NCBI GenBank assembly: GCA_010356995.1
Contig: ML996690.1
Location: 203,101-267,100 of the forward strand
DNA from: Trichodelitschia bisporula
Lineage: Eukaryota
Reading direction: 5' to 3'
DNA: 64,000 bases
Shown here one piece after another: positions 47,258 to 60,440 of the stretch (position 1 is its first letter; each line of letters opens with the position of its first letter). The notes beneath the pieces are model-generated. The model worked only from the letters and a program-made list of their open reading frames with translations. It was not told the origin of the DNA and did not search any database. The position numbers were made by a program, and so were the translations under genes.

Positions 47258-48178
47258 AAACAGTCAAGTGAGTAGAGATGGCCAATTGGGTGGGTAAGCC
47301 AATGTGTTATCGTAAGGATGTTGGGGTGAGATATTCGGTCCGGAAGCGAATGTTGGGGGTCCGGAAGTGAATGGGTAAAACTGTGCATGTTGGGATGAGT
47401 GGACGAGGAGTGGGATTATATGGCATGGCGGGTGCTGGTCCCATATTTACTGGGCCAGACTGCAGAGAAGGCGGCCTTCCCGGTGAGGGAAGGACGGGGA
47501 CGGTAAGCATGGCATAGCTAGGAAGTTGAGTCCATGGTATGGCAAGCGCTCTGCCCCAGTGGGCAGCGATGGGGTGCACTGGAGGCATCGTGATGACCGA
47601 GAAGAGATGAGAAGCAGGCACAATACGTTTCTTCTCTGCAAGAGTGAGTAGGTAGTGGATTTAGGATGGTAGGTGCTACGGATTGTGTGCAATGAAGCCC
47701 TTTGTAATGACACAAAGGTCAGACCTCCTGCTTACGATGTGTCTGTTTACTGGTGTTGTAAGGCAGTGGCTTCTCTCGTGCGGTGAGCGCAACTGCAGCT
47801 AATGAGAATTGGAGCAATGGGACACTGCCAGCCGAATATGAAAGATGGTGCTATGACGATGTGTTGTCGTCTGGTGTTGACTGCCTCAAGTCGTCAAGCC
47901 TTGCGGATGACTAAGCTGTACCGGATAATTGTTTACCCCCGTGACATGCGCCACTCCCTCAGCCACCTCCCATCTAAAGCAGACTAGTGGCATCTGCAAG
48001 CGTGTCCCTCAGACTTGCTGCTTTGTAGCAACTCCATCTCCATCTCCAAACACCGTCCCCATCCCCCATCCACCCTTTCGCTACTGCTCTCGCATCAGCA
48101 GTATCCACCAAGTGCCATCAGGCACTGTCATTCCCTTTCTCTCTTTTCGCGCAAATCCTACCCACGCCATAGCCAACA

Positions 48179-51100
48179 ATGGCCGAGTTTCTTAACCACA
48201 ACTTCTCCGACTCGGAAGACGATGACGACTTCAACCCACCGCCTGCCGACATTTCCGACAATGAAGATAATGCCGAAGACAATTCCGCTGGCACGCGCCG
48301 CAACCAGCCGGAATCCGATGATGTCGAGTCGCCGGAGAAGCCGCGCAAAGGAGGCGCCAGCAGACGCGCGAGTGCTGAGGACGAAGGCGAGGATGATGCC
48401 GAGGAGGAGCAAGACGATGAAGAAGATGACGAGGAGGAAGAAGAGGAAGAAGAAGATGTATGCTTGCTGCGCCGTTCCTTGACTCTGCTAACCCAACTTC
48501 CTTAGGATCGCCCGCGCAAGCGCCATCGTCGTGCCAGGGGCATGCAACAGTTCATTGATGTCGAAGCCGAGGTCGATGATGAAGAAGAAGACGAAGAACT
48601 TGAAGAGGATGATTTGCCTGACGAGGTTCACCCCGACGACCTTCAGGACCTGCCCCCTGGCGCTGCCACCGATGACCGCCAGCACCGCGAGTTCGACCGC
48701 CAGCGCGAGCTGGAAGCGAGCATGGACGCTGAGAAGCAGGCTGCAGCTATGCGGGAGAAGTACGGCCGCCGCGGACCTGCCGTCAGCACCACGTCTGCTG
48801 TACCTCAACACCTATTGCTCCCTAGCGTCGACGATCCGAAGATCTGGGCCGTCAGAGTCAAGCCGGGCAAGGAGTCGGAGGTTATCAACTCCATCATGAA
48901 ACGGTTCATGGACCGCATGGGCACGCGGAATCCGCTGCGCATTACATCTGCGTTTGGCCGCGGCGGCGCTATGACTGGGTACATCTATGTTGAGGCTATG
49001 CAGTCCGCCGACGTCATGGAGGCTTGCGACGGCGTCCAACTGTGCTATCCGCGCAGCAAGATGGAGCTCATCGCGCTCGCCGAAATGCCAGAGCTGCTGC
49101 GCACGGTTAAGCCTAAGGAGTTGCAGGCGGGCCAGTGGGTCCGTATCAAGCGCCCGGCGAAGTATGCTGGCGATGTGGCCCTGATCAATGCCGTCGACAC
49201 CAACGGCTCCGACGCCGAGCTGCGTCTCCTTCCGCGCATCGACTACACTGCCGAAGAAGAAGCTCTAGCAGGACAGTCCAAGCGCAAGCGGCCGGGTGCT
49301 TCAAGTGGCGTGCGCCCGCCGCAGGCTTTGTTTAACGAAGCCGAGGCGAAGAGGAAGCTGGGCCGCGCCTACTCGACTATGCACCGGCAAAGCGCCAAAC
49401 ACATAATCTTCCAAAATGAACATTACATCGATGGTTTCCTGGTCAAAGACTTCAAGATTGGGGCGCTCGAGACGGAGAACGTCAACCCAACGCTCGAGGA
49501 AGTCTCCAAGTTCGTGGCTACCGACGAGACTGGCGTCGATAACCTGGATCTCGCCGCCATTTCGAACACGCTCAAGGCCAACGCGTCCGATTACCTTGCC
49601 GGGGATATGGTGGAGATTTACGAGGGCGAGCAGCAGGGCGTCAGTGGGCGCGCGGTCGCGGTCCACGGTGATATTGTCCATCTCGAAGTGCTCAAGGGTC
49701 CGCTCAAGGGCACCAAGATGGAGGCGCCGAAGAAGAGTCTGCGCAAGCTGTTCCACGAGGGTGATCACGTCAAGGTCGTTGGCGGCAGCAAGTATCACGA
49801 TGAGGTGGGCATGGTGACGCGCATCCATCAAGACCGCGTCACCCTCGTCACAGACTCCAACAACCAAGAAATCACCGTCTTCAGCAAGGACCTGCGCGAG
49901 GCATCCGATTCCGCCGGCCCCATCACCATGTCCAAATACGACCTCTACGACCTGGTGCAACTGGACGCTACAACCGTCGCCTGCGTCATCAAAGTCGACC
50001 GCGAGTCCCTGCGCGTGCTGGATCAGGAAGGAGGAGTGCGCACCATCCTCCCCTCCAACATCTCCAACAAGCTCGAGTCCGAGAAACACGCCGTGGCCAC
50101 CGACCGCAACGGCCAGGAAATCCACCACGGCGACACGGTTAAGGAGTATGCCGGCAACGAGCGCCAGGGCCGCGTCATCCACATATACCGCAACTACATC
50201 TTCCTGCAAACCCGCACCGAGGCCCGCAACGCAGGCGTCTTCGTCGCGCCCCGGGCTAGCCTGCAAACCATCGCCGCCCGCGGCGGTCGCGTCGCCAACG
50301 CCGGGCCCGACCTTACAAAAATGAACCCCGCCCTCCAACGCCCCAACGGATCCCCAACCGCCGGCCCCACCATGGCGCCCCCTAAAACTTTCGGCCGCGA
50401 CCGGCTGATCGGCAAAACCGTCTCGATTCGCAAAGGCGCGTACAAAGGGCTCATCGGCATCGTCAAGGACACAACAGAGACACAAGCCCGCGTCGAGCTC
50501 CACACGAAAAACAAAATAATGACCATAGACAAGGAACTTCTGATCGTCAAAGACCCCATCACAGGCCAGACCATGAACATGGGCCGTGGCGGCGGGCGCA
50601 TGGGCGCGCTGCCCAGCCGCTTCGGACCTGGCACTGCGTCTCGCGTGCCAGATTACGCAGGCGGGTCCCGCACGCCCATGGGCGCTGGGTCCGGCGGTCG
50701 GACACCCGCCTGGGGCGCTGCGCCGGAGTCATCCCGCACACCAGCCTGGTCAGGCGGCGGGAGCGGCGGCCGGACGCCGGCTTGGAACTCGAGTCGCACG
50801 CCTGCGTGGTCGCGCGATGCGAATGACGGGGCTAGGACGGCGTATGGAGACGGGAGTCGCACGGCGTATGGTGGTGGTGGGCGGACTGAGTACGGTGGCG
50901 TGAGTTTTCCCCTTCTCATTTTCTCTCTTCCCCCCCCCTCCCCAAAACACTACTAACCCACCCCAGGCCCTCTCTGGCTCCCGCACACCCTTCGCCCCCC
51001 CCACCAACTACACCGACGGGAGCAAAACACCCGCCTACACTGCCCCGACGCCCGCCGCCGGGGGCCGCACTCCGGCACCAGGCGCATACAGCGCCGGGTC

Positions 51101-51353
51101 CTACAGCGCTCCAACTCCAGCTGCATACGGAGGCGCACCCACACCGCGCCCCTTCGTCGACGCGCCCACGCCGGCTGCGTTCGGTGCGCCGACGCCGGCG
51201 GCAATGGATGCGCCTACGCCGCGGCCTTATGCGGCTTATGCGACGCCCGCGGCGAGTGCGCCGACGCCTGCGGCGTATCCGGAGACACCGGGGGCGTTTG
51301 GGGTGGATACGCCTGCTGGGTATGGGGAGGAGGAGGATCCTAGGTATGAGTAG
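48179..51353 (+). CDS. SPT5: Transcription elongation factor Spt5
   Basis: Acidic N-terminus, FIDVEAEVDD, NGN domain (LLPSVDDPKIWAV..GYIYVEA), KOW motifs, and G[SG]RTPAW C-terminal repeats. Introns 48458-48505 and 50900-50966. Confidence 0.96.
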
Positions 51354-51719
51354 GTGTGTTGAGCGTTGGTGGGTATGGAGATGATGATTTGAGGTACGAG
51401 TAGTTCTAGTCTTTGGGTTGAGTGAGTAGGGATGTGTCTTGAGTAAGTAGTGACAGCGGAGGAGTTGCATGCTGGCGCTTTTGTGGGTTCGTTCTTGCGT
51501 GGCTCGCGGGTAGGTAGGGCGTTGGGCGGAAGGAAAATTAACGGGGTTTTCATTGTGATGTGCTTTATGTGCTGTGGTGATAGCTGATCCTGCCCCTTTA
51601 CCATGCTCCCCTTGCTAAGCCAACACTGTAAACACCAGGCCATAACCCAAAATGAGGGTATCTCCACCGCCCGCCAGAACGCACCGTTCCCACAACGCCC
51701 AAAGAAGCCCAGTCCCCCA

Positions 51720-53809
51720 TTACCCCTTAACCCGCACAACCTCCACAACGCCCTCCCACCCGCGTCCCGCCTCTCTCTCCCTCCTTCTCCAATCACCCAC
51801 CCAACGCACAACATCGATACCCTCACCCCGCTCCAATCCCATCCCACCACCGCCCCCTCCCCCCCCCGCCTCCCCCTCCCCAAAAAACGTAAAATCCCCC
51901 CTCGCCGCCCGCCAAAACTCCTCACAATCCGCGTCTTGGACCGCACTTTCCCCCCCAGCCCCACCTTCTCTTACCTCAAGCACCACCTTCCTCAACCCAA
52001 ATAATCCCGCAGCGTAAGCCGCCGCGCGCGCCTGGGACCATGTTTGCGAGTTGGGGGGGAGGTCGTACGCGCGTTGGCTCCGGGCGGTGGACCAGCGTTG
52101 CTGGGCGGCGCAGGCGGAGAGGAAGGTGCAGATGCGGGTTGGGATGTGGGGCGTGGGGGTGTGGGAGGGGAGGGCGGTTAGGGTTAGGGTGTGGAGGGAG
52201 GGGATGTGGGAGNNNNNNNNNNNNNNNNNNNNNNNNNNNNNNNNNNNNNNNNNNNNNNNNNNNNNNNNNNNNNNNNNNNNNNNNNNNNNNNNNNNNNNNN
52301 NNNNNNNNNNNNNNNNNNNNNNNNNNNNNNNNAGCTGATATGCCGTGCTGTGATATGGCCGAGTGTAAAGGCGAGTACGGCGGTGATGGCGGGAGGAGGA
52401 CTTCAGGCGCGTCGGCGCTGTACGAGCGCGGCAGGGCGGGCCGCAGGTGTTCGGGTCGGGGCTTCGGGCTGGGGTGCACCGGTCCGGCTTCCAATTCCAC
52501 GGCGGGAACGTCGGCGGGTAATTCGCAGGGCTCGGGATCCGCAGGCGCCTCCACCAGCGCTGCGCCTTCGAGTTCCGCACTCGCATGCCCATCTTCCTCT
52601 TCCACCATCCGCTCACCCGTAACAACCTCCGCCCCGATCTTCAAACAGCTCAACCCCCTATGCCTCGCAAGCACGGGCACCAGCGTCCCCGCCCCCTCCG
52701 CATCCCCAGCATCAAGCACACATAGCCCCCCAAGCGCGACACACGCACCCACCCCCTTGGCGCTAGCACCATTGCCGGCGACGTACAAATGCGTCGCCCC
52801 GCCGCCAATCCCACAATCCCCCGCGCCAAAACCCGCCATCAAGTTTCCGCACAGCACGGTTTCGAACCGCGGACCTTGCAGAACGGCACGGACACTGGCG
52901 CCCAGCGCCGCCTCGTCGCCCTCCCCGCCCGGCTCCCGCACAAGCGGTGCTAGTGCCGCGATCCCCGCGTCGCGCAGCCCGTTGTCCCGCACGTCCAGGC
53001 TCCGGACCCGGCCGCGCACGCTCTGCACCAGTAGCGGGGCGTCTCGCGGCCCGAGACCTACGGCGCGCAGATTCAGCACACGCAGGTCGGGTAACCATGC
53101 GAGCGCGTTGAGGACAGCAGGATGGCGGGCGGCAGACACGCGCTCCAGGTCCAAGGCCACGAGCAGCGGGAGGCAAGCCAGCGCATGGGCGAGAGCGGTA
53201 GGCGTGATGTTATGGCAGTGGCCAGCGGCGAGGAGGCGCAGCGGATACGTCGTGCCCGAGTTAGCGAGGGCGATGAGCGCGGCGTGGTCGAAGAAGGGGA
53301 GGGAGGTACTGGACCTAGGGTTAGGAGTGAATGAAAGCGATTGGGCAGACGCAGACTCACACCATCAGCCCGTCCAGCGCCGGCAACGCACCCAGCGCGC
53401 TGCGCACCCACGCTGCGCCCGGCGCGGCATATCCGTCGCGCGTGGGCCTAGTGCCGAATTCCAGCCCTTTGACGAGCGCGCGCGTGGCCGGGCGGATGTG
53501 CTGCAGGCTGCGGATGAAGCGGCCGAGGGCTTTGAACGTGCGCTCGTCGGCGTCCTCAGCGGTGGCATGGCGGGCGCGCAGGTAGGCCGCTGGGTTGGCG
53601 TAGAGGGCGGGAGTGAAGAGGCGATTGAAGTTGCGGCTGACCAGGACTAAGGCTGGGAGGGCAGAGTGTGGGACGGAGGGCGCGATGACGGGCCATGGGT
53701 TGCGGGTTGTGTGCGCTGTGTAGGGCGGGGGTGTTGGGGAGAGCATGGTTGAGAGGTCGATGGGGTTTGCGCCGGGCAGGTGGTTCTGTTGCGCATATAT
53801 GTTGGCCAT
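51720..53809 (-). CDS. F-box-like/leucine-rich-repeat protein (spans an N gap; start uncertain)
   Basis: PPPY..TTRNPWPVIAP...LVSRNF..LF.P.LY.NP, LPFFDH after intron 53315-53360, LRR-like LRVLNLR / VRSLDVRDNGLRD / THLYVAGN, and C-terminal DADCEEFW..A.GDFTFFGE. Confidence 0.8.
52213..52332. other. Assembly gap (120 N) inside the LRR gene
   Basis: N run. Confidence 1.
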
Positions 53810-54691
53810 CGGGGAGGTTGTATGCGCCGAGACGGGCTGTGAGGCGCACGATGTCATTTGGCCGGGCAAGGCAGAGTGGAGGTGGGAGGGAATACGACCT
53901 CGGGCTTGGCGGCTGACTTTCCTTGACCGGGGAGATATCCCGTTGGGGAAAGGCTCGGGACTGTCGAGATAGTAAGTTACGGGTACCGTGCTTGCTGCTT
54001 TAGTGTCGTGGCCGGGTACGACAAGTGACCATCACCGGCATCATGCTGTTGGCACCGGTCGGGCCGACCGCTTTAGTCCGTTCCCGCCGTCGGGCCGAAC
54101 ACTGGGCAGAAGAAGCCGAGCGTTAGGAAGAACAAGGTGACCGGCTTCGCGGGCAGGGTGCCGGACTTTCTTTAACCTCCGCCATTCCGAACTGGGACAT
54201 ACCTCATGGAAGCAGAGACTTCATACGCCTAATGGCTAAGGTGTGAATCTAATGTTTGATAAAAGACGAAGAAGAGAAGAGAGTCGGGGGGCGCTCGAAA
54301 CTAAATATACGATGTGGCAAAGTCTCTGTGAAGTTCCTTCATCGTGAGCACATTGCATCATGAGCGCCTTCCATTGGCATGTCCCTTCCCAAAAGTGACA
54401 TGCTCCTTCTAACGGTAAGTGTTGCAATCATGTACGTAAACCGAACAGTGACGGAACCACGAAGGAAGTGACCCGAGATCCACATGATTTGCAGATTAGT
54501 CATCAGCCCATTAGTATATCAGGAAGTGGGAATCTTCCCACTTCCCTAACATCAAGCAATACAATCACCACGACTACTCACTCACTGACACCGGTGATCT
54601 GTGTGGCTTGGCACCCATATCTCACAGTTTATGAGCCCGGCGTCTTCACTACGCCTTCGTAATATCAGGTAAGTCAATCCCCACTCCTCTT

Positions 54692-54906
54692 GAGAAAGCA
54701 CAACCATGTGGCGCTGGACGTGGGTCCGGAAGTCCTCGTATGGTTTGCCGAGGCCAAGCATGAAGCACTGAATCTATAAAGCGCAGGAATGCGAAGTAGT
54801 TTGTATTCCCCGCGCTCTACAGATTCAGCGCTTCATGCTTTTAGCGTCGACAAACCGTGCGAGGACTTCCGAACCCACGTCCAGCACTACATGGTTGTGC
54901 TTCCTC
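54692..54906. repeat. Long imperfect inverted repeat (about 105-bp arms, 4-nt loop)
   Basis: Left arm AAGCACAACCATGTGGCGCTGGACGTGGG...GGAATGCGAA pairs with right arm TTTGTATTCC...CCCACGTCCAGCACTACATGGTTGTGCTT. Confidence 0.92.
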
Positions 54907-55111
54907 CGTAAGGCTTGATGCTTTGTTGCCATACATGCCTTCATGCCCTATTATCTCATGTATCCAGGCCATGTAAGATGCGACTCCCAATCCTCCGAAA
55001 GAATGAAACGAATACCACAAGAATCGCAGGGACCCACGGCACGTTATATCAGCAGATTTATTAACTCCTCCGACAGCCCCACGGCCCTCTTCCTCGGACG
55101 TCTCTAATAAT

Positions 55112-55315
55112 CTAACTTCGGTTTACACTCGACTCTCCAGTGACGCCGTTCTCTGCATCACACTCGCTGCAATACAAGTGCCCACAAAAGGGCCACGCAC
55201 ATTCCTTCCTGCATTGCCTGCTTGGCTCGGCAAGAGGAAACAGGCACTTCAAACACCACCAATCTGTTGGACCTCCTTCTTTCTTAATGGGGGCGGGAGC
55301 CTCCAGGCACGCCAT
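55112..55315 (-). CDS. Small Cys-rich, putative zinc-ribbon protein (67 aa)
   Basis: WWCLKC...C...C...CGHLYCSEC pattern; upstream TATATA at about 55605; AATAAA on the minus strand at 55057-55062. Confidence 0.55.
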   Translation of the reverse strand: MACLEAPAPIKKEGGPTDWWCLKCLFPLAEPSRQCRKECAWPFCGHLYCSECDAENGVTGESSVNRS

Positions 55316-57278
55316 CGCGGTTCGCTGAACGGGTGTTAGAAGGGGGATGGATAAGGGGGAGGGGAACGTACGAGATGTGTGGGCTTTTAGTATTAGTTCT
55401 AGGAGGGGAGGAGGCTGAGGTGCGCTCGATGTAATGAGGTGGACGCGCTGGAAGTTGTTCGGTCGTAGAATCGCTGTAAGATGCGCTGTGTACTGTCGTT
55501 TGCAAGGCTATGTGGAAAACTCGAGTGGGAGAATATCGGCTAGCTTCAAACTTGGGATCGGGGGGATGTTCTCTTTGGCGGTCGTTTTTATGCGATCTCG
55601 AATGCTATATATGCCCTCAGAGGCTGAGGCAGTGACATGCGTCTTGAATTAGGCATCGGCGCGGGAATCGGCCCAAGCAATCAGTTTGGGCAAAAAAAAA
55701 ATGGGCATCGGAATGGACGCCGCCTCAGTGTCTAGGTGTGTAACCCAGGGTTTGGGTGTCGCACTTGCAGCACTAAATAAAGATCGGGATCGACCTTGGG
55801 GCCGATAAACGAGGGTTAAATGAGGGTTAGATAGGAACAAATTGCGGGAGGGAATAGACATAGAAGAGATTTGAGCTTTCACTAATATTAGCAGAGGACG
55901 AGGCTGTAGCTCTCTTGCTTTCGATGGGGTAGACGCGTTGTTAGGGGCCGCTCTTAGTGCATCTATTGAACGAGATATCGGGCGACTCCCGAGGCTATAT
56001 ATCCCCTCGGAGGTTTAGCTCGAGGCATCAGCGGGAGTATCGGCTTGTGCATGAAATCATCGATCATGAGTTCGCGCAAGGTTGGGCAATACGAAGATGC
56101 TTCGAAAAACGAAGCGGCTAATCCAGCCTGAAGGCAACTCGCACTACGAAAGAATAAATGAGTAACCTATAACAAAGAACCCAAAGGAGTGCGTAATTAA
56201 CCCGGGTATGCCAGGAGCACGGCTCAAGCACATGCAGCAGCAACGAGCCCGAAGTTCAAGCACTGATAGAATACAAAATAACGCGAACAGAGAAGTGAGC
56301 CCCTCTACCGCTCAATCCCAACTGCAATCTCACATCGGCTAGCCTAGCCATTGTCACCCTCTCCTAGGCCCACAAAGCAACCCTTCCTATCCCTTGACAT
56401 CAGGGTTTATCAGACAGTGACTGCAACGCCCCTTCCGGGATGCCGAATCCAAAGCACGCTCGACGGCACCATGTTCAAATACATTTCCACACTTGCAACA
56501 GCCCCACGCGGGTGTGATTTTGTTGACGGGAAGGGAGGGCTCGTGGTAGATCATTGCGGTTGCTAAACAAGTGTTAGATAGGGCATAGTTGCGGGGGTGA
56601 GGGACGTACTGGGAGGCTATGCCTTCGGTAGTAATTGTGAACGATGAAGCTTATTTGGCTCGCTTTTGATGAGGGCGATGCGTCGAAGTCCTTTAGTCTT
56701 GAACTCGCTGTAAACTGTCGTTGCAATGCTCTATGGCAAATTCAGGTAGGAAGCATCAATCGAACTCGATCTCAGCAGATTCCCCACCCTATATATCCCC
56801 TCAGAGCCTTAGAACTCCTCGTTTGCTCCACATCCGCAACCGGTGCTACCACACTAGGCCACGGAACGACATCGGAAAATGAGGTGGGGTCAATACTTGC
56901 CTGAAGGTGCAGCCTGGCACGCCTTGCAAAGAAGGCGTCCATCCACACGAGCGCGTGGAAGCAGGGGTCGCGAGGCTGGCTCTGGGTGGATTTCAGGGCG
57001 TCATGTCGTGCCACTTAGTAACGATATCGTTAGCGCACATCCCGTAGCGGGGTTTCGGCAGGGCACGTCGGCGGTACGTACCGGTACGTACCCTCTGCGC
57101 TACATGAACAAAGCTAGTATCATTTCCTTTCTATCTCTGCCTATCTAGCAAAAGCCGACATGACGAGTCCCAGCCATTCCCGCACCGTGTGTTCGACATA
57201 TCCACATATCCTCATTCCACCCTTAAACCCAGTAACCCATACTCCGTCCCAAAACCAAATATATACCCCTTTACATCA

Positions 57279-58560
57279 TCACGCAAACGGCCCCGCCCCA
57301 AACGTCGCCCTCGGCGGCGGCACACCAACCCCGTTCCCTTGCGCGCCCTGCGGCGACTCCGGAGCCGCACCCGCCGTCCCAGGCGCCGGAGCAACAACCG
57401 GCGGCACCGCAGCCGGAGGAAGCGCGGCCGGCGACGCAGGAGCCGGTGGTGGGAGAGCCGGCGCAGGCGGAGCGGGCGGCGGGAGCGCGGGTGCTGGAGC
57501 CGCAGGCGCAGGTGGCGGCGGAGGTAACGCAGGTGCAGGACCACCAGGCGCAGGCTCGGTCCCACTCCCAGTCTCCCCCGCCCTCGGCGCAGCACCCGGT
57601 TGACCAGGCAAAGGTGCGGCACCCGGCTGCCCAGGCGCGGGTGCACCTTCTGCAGCTGGTGCGGGGGCGAGCGGCGCGGCTTGCGCGGTTTGGTTTCCGC
57701 GGCTGCTTTCGGCGGCGGGGGCTGGGAGGGTGGAGTTTTGGAAGGGGGAGGGGGCGCGGCCGGCTTCGGGGGAGGGGAGGGTGGAGTTTAGCCCTGGACC
57801 TTGGGGGGGTTGGGTGCTGGGTTCGCTGGCGGAGGGAGCGGAGGAGGGTTGCGCTGCGAGGGAGGGTTGGCTTGGGTTGGTGCCGGTGCCTGTCCCTGCG
57901 CCGGTGCCGGAGCCGGAGCCGACAGATACGCCCGTCCCGCTACCCGTCCCAGCCCCAGTCCCAGTTCCCACGCCGGTGCCAGTACCCGCGCCCGTGCCAG
58001 TCGTGCCCGTGGTGCCGGTCCCCACGCCCACACCCGCCCCCGTCCCACCCCCAACACCCTGCCCTCCCGTCGTCCCCGTCGTACCCGTCCCCCCCGTAAC
58101 CCCCACACCACCCGTCGTCCCCGTCACCGGCAAATTCGCCAAATTCGCCCCCCCACCCACCCCAATCAATAAGGCACCGATATCACCCCCCTGCGTTACC
58201 GCCCCATTCGGTCCTCCCGCACTGGTAGCCGAGAGCAGGGCGCCGAGGTTGCCGGTTATGCCTGTGCCGGCTTGGGCGGCTTGTTGGGTGCCGGTGTTGG
58301 GGGAGGAGCCTTGCAAAGTTGAGCCTGAGCCTGTATTGGAGGTGCCTGTGCTAGAGGAGGTGCCCGTGCCGGTGGGGTTGTTAAGCGGGTCGAGGAGGGT
58401 GGCGAGGTCTGCTCTGTTAGATGGGTAAAGGGGAGTGGGGGAACGAACCGAGTTGCCTCCGCGTCCACCAGTCTACTCCGTCCGTCGACTGCTCATTTGT
58501 GCTGACGATCGGGCGCGCGACGACCGCCAGGGCCGCGGCGAGGAGGAGAACCGTCTTCAT
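57279..58560 (-). CDS. Secreted Gly/Thr/Pro/Ala-rich low-complexity protein
   Basis: Signal peptide MKTVLLLAAALAVVA. Intron 58409-58448 (GTTCGT..CTAAC..CAG) joins it in frame to ORF 57279..58316. (GT)n and Pro-rich tracts; TATA-like element at about 58626. Confidence 0.8.
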
Positions 58561-58869
58561 GGTGTTGATGAGGGGCGGGAATGGGAAGGCCTGCTTGCCG
58601 GGTGAGAGGAGGGGGGGCGGGAGGGGATATAGAGTGCGCCTGAGAGGGGGTGGGGGGTGTTGGGAAGAGTAAGTTTTGGGTTGGGAAACGAGATTTTGTA
58701 CCGCGTTTCGGGTGGGGTGGCGATGGGACGCGGCATGTTGCGGGTGGGATGGGCCCGGTGAGATTAAGAAATGACAAGATTTTTGGAAAGGCTTGATATC
58801 GGGCTTCTAGGGGGGAGAGGGGTTTCTTACTCGCGGGGAGCCTTAGAAGGAGTGGTGGAGGGGGGAGGT

Positions 58870-58911
58870 TGACGATGCATGGTTCTGTGATGACGATGCA
58901 TGGTTCTGTGA
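58870..58911. repeat. Perfect 21-bp tandem duplication TGACGATGCATGGTTCTGTGA x2
   Basis: Read directly from the sequence; lies upstream of the secreted-protein gene. Confidence 0.9.
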
Positions 58912-60440
58912 TGAAGATGAATGGCAAGTCTTTCAAATATTGTGTCCTGGCATTCATCTTCTAATTTCCATGATGGCAGGAGGCCCATCTTTGGTAGTTA
59001 GCTGGGTTTTCTGAACAATAGGAGCTGTAAATGCGAGTGGGAGAACCGGCGGCGATCTTCATCGTCCCGTTATACGCCCGTTGAAACCACAGCACTACCA
59101 TTCCACCCTCCACCCTCGCCTCCATCTTCATCACCGCCCCAGTCCAGCATTCTTCTAGAACACCCCGTAACGACGTTCAAACGCACCACCCCGCAAATCC
59201 CCCACCCACGCCGCCAAGCCCCCCGAACCCGCAACCGTCACGACGCCGTCTCAGATCCGCATGCCCCGGTCTACCCGGCTTGGGGCCCGGCGTCTGCACC
59301 AAGAAGGCGAAAGCTAAAACAGAAGCATTGCCGACGGTTTCGGGGAATGAGCTTAGTGGGATGGTGGACGGGGGATGGGGCTGGGACGCGGTCTAAGAGG
59401 CTGTGGTCCAAGCGGTCATAGCTCCGGGATTGCTGCTCGGCACAGCCACGATCCCAGCCCCACGCCGATCCCACGATGACGCCACAGGCCGCATCATTCT
59501 TTCGAACCCCACACCTTCCCCTCAATCCCACCCACGTCACCTCACCTCCATCCAACATCGTGACTGTGCAAAAACACCACGGGAGTGCAATCCGAGAGTG
59601 AAGGGTCAACGCTCAATTCGCCTTCCCCGCAAGCACTACACATCTACATATTCCACTATCCTGTCCCCCATCCTGTCCCCCATCCCCATTCCAATTACGC
59701 GAACCACGGAGCCAACCAGTCTAGAGTGCCATACCAAAATGAGCGAGACAACCAGCCGCGCAACCAAAGAGCCAACCCACACATATATGCCATACCTCCC
59801 CCCCCATCCTCCCCCGAAAACGCCAAAACGAAGCTCCCCTCCCCTCACCCCTCCCGACACCCCACCCATGCCCCTCTACACTCCTACTCGCCAACCCAAA
59901 GCCAAGATCGAAGCCATGCCGTCTCTTCGTCAGCATCTCATCGTTGGCATCATCAACATCGTAACTCCCGAGCCCCCTCAACCCCCCTTCCCTCTCCTTT
60001 GGGACATCCGCAAGCCATTAAACCAAGAAAAAGGACCAAAAGCCACGACGCCCACACCTGCAGACATGCAAGTCATCCATCCGTCCACCAACCCAACAAG
60101 CCCAAGCCTTTAACCCTCCAAGAAGCTAACCCTCACCCTCCTCACCATACTCCCGAGAAAAAAAAACCCGCAAAAAGCAAAAAGAATTGCCTGGCTACGT
60201 GTACCCCGCCCATTCGACCCCACCCAACACATCGGCCCCTCCCAGAAACTTGCCGATACCAGCCCCCCGGTACGCCGGCAATTGGCTGCCAGCACGCAGG
60301 GCCTCGCTTTCGTCGCAAACCCAGAGCGGAGGGTTCGGAACCGCGCGCCATCTCGCCAGACCGGAGGCGCCGCCATTCCGACGCCCATCGGCAAGCCAGG
60401 TCCAGCAGCTGTGTCCACCGCATCCTTTCCACTTCTCTCG

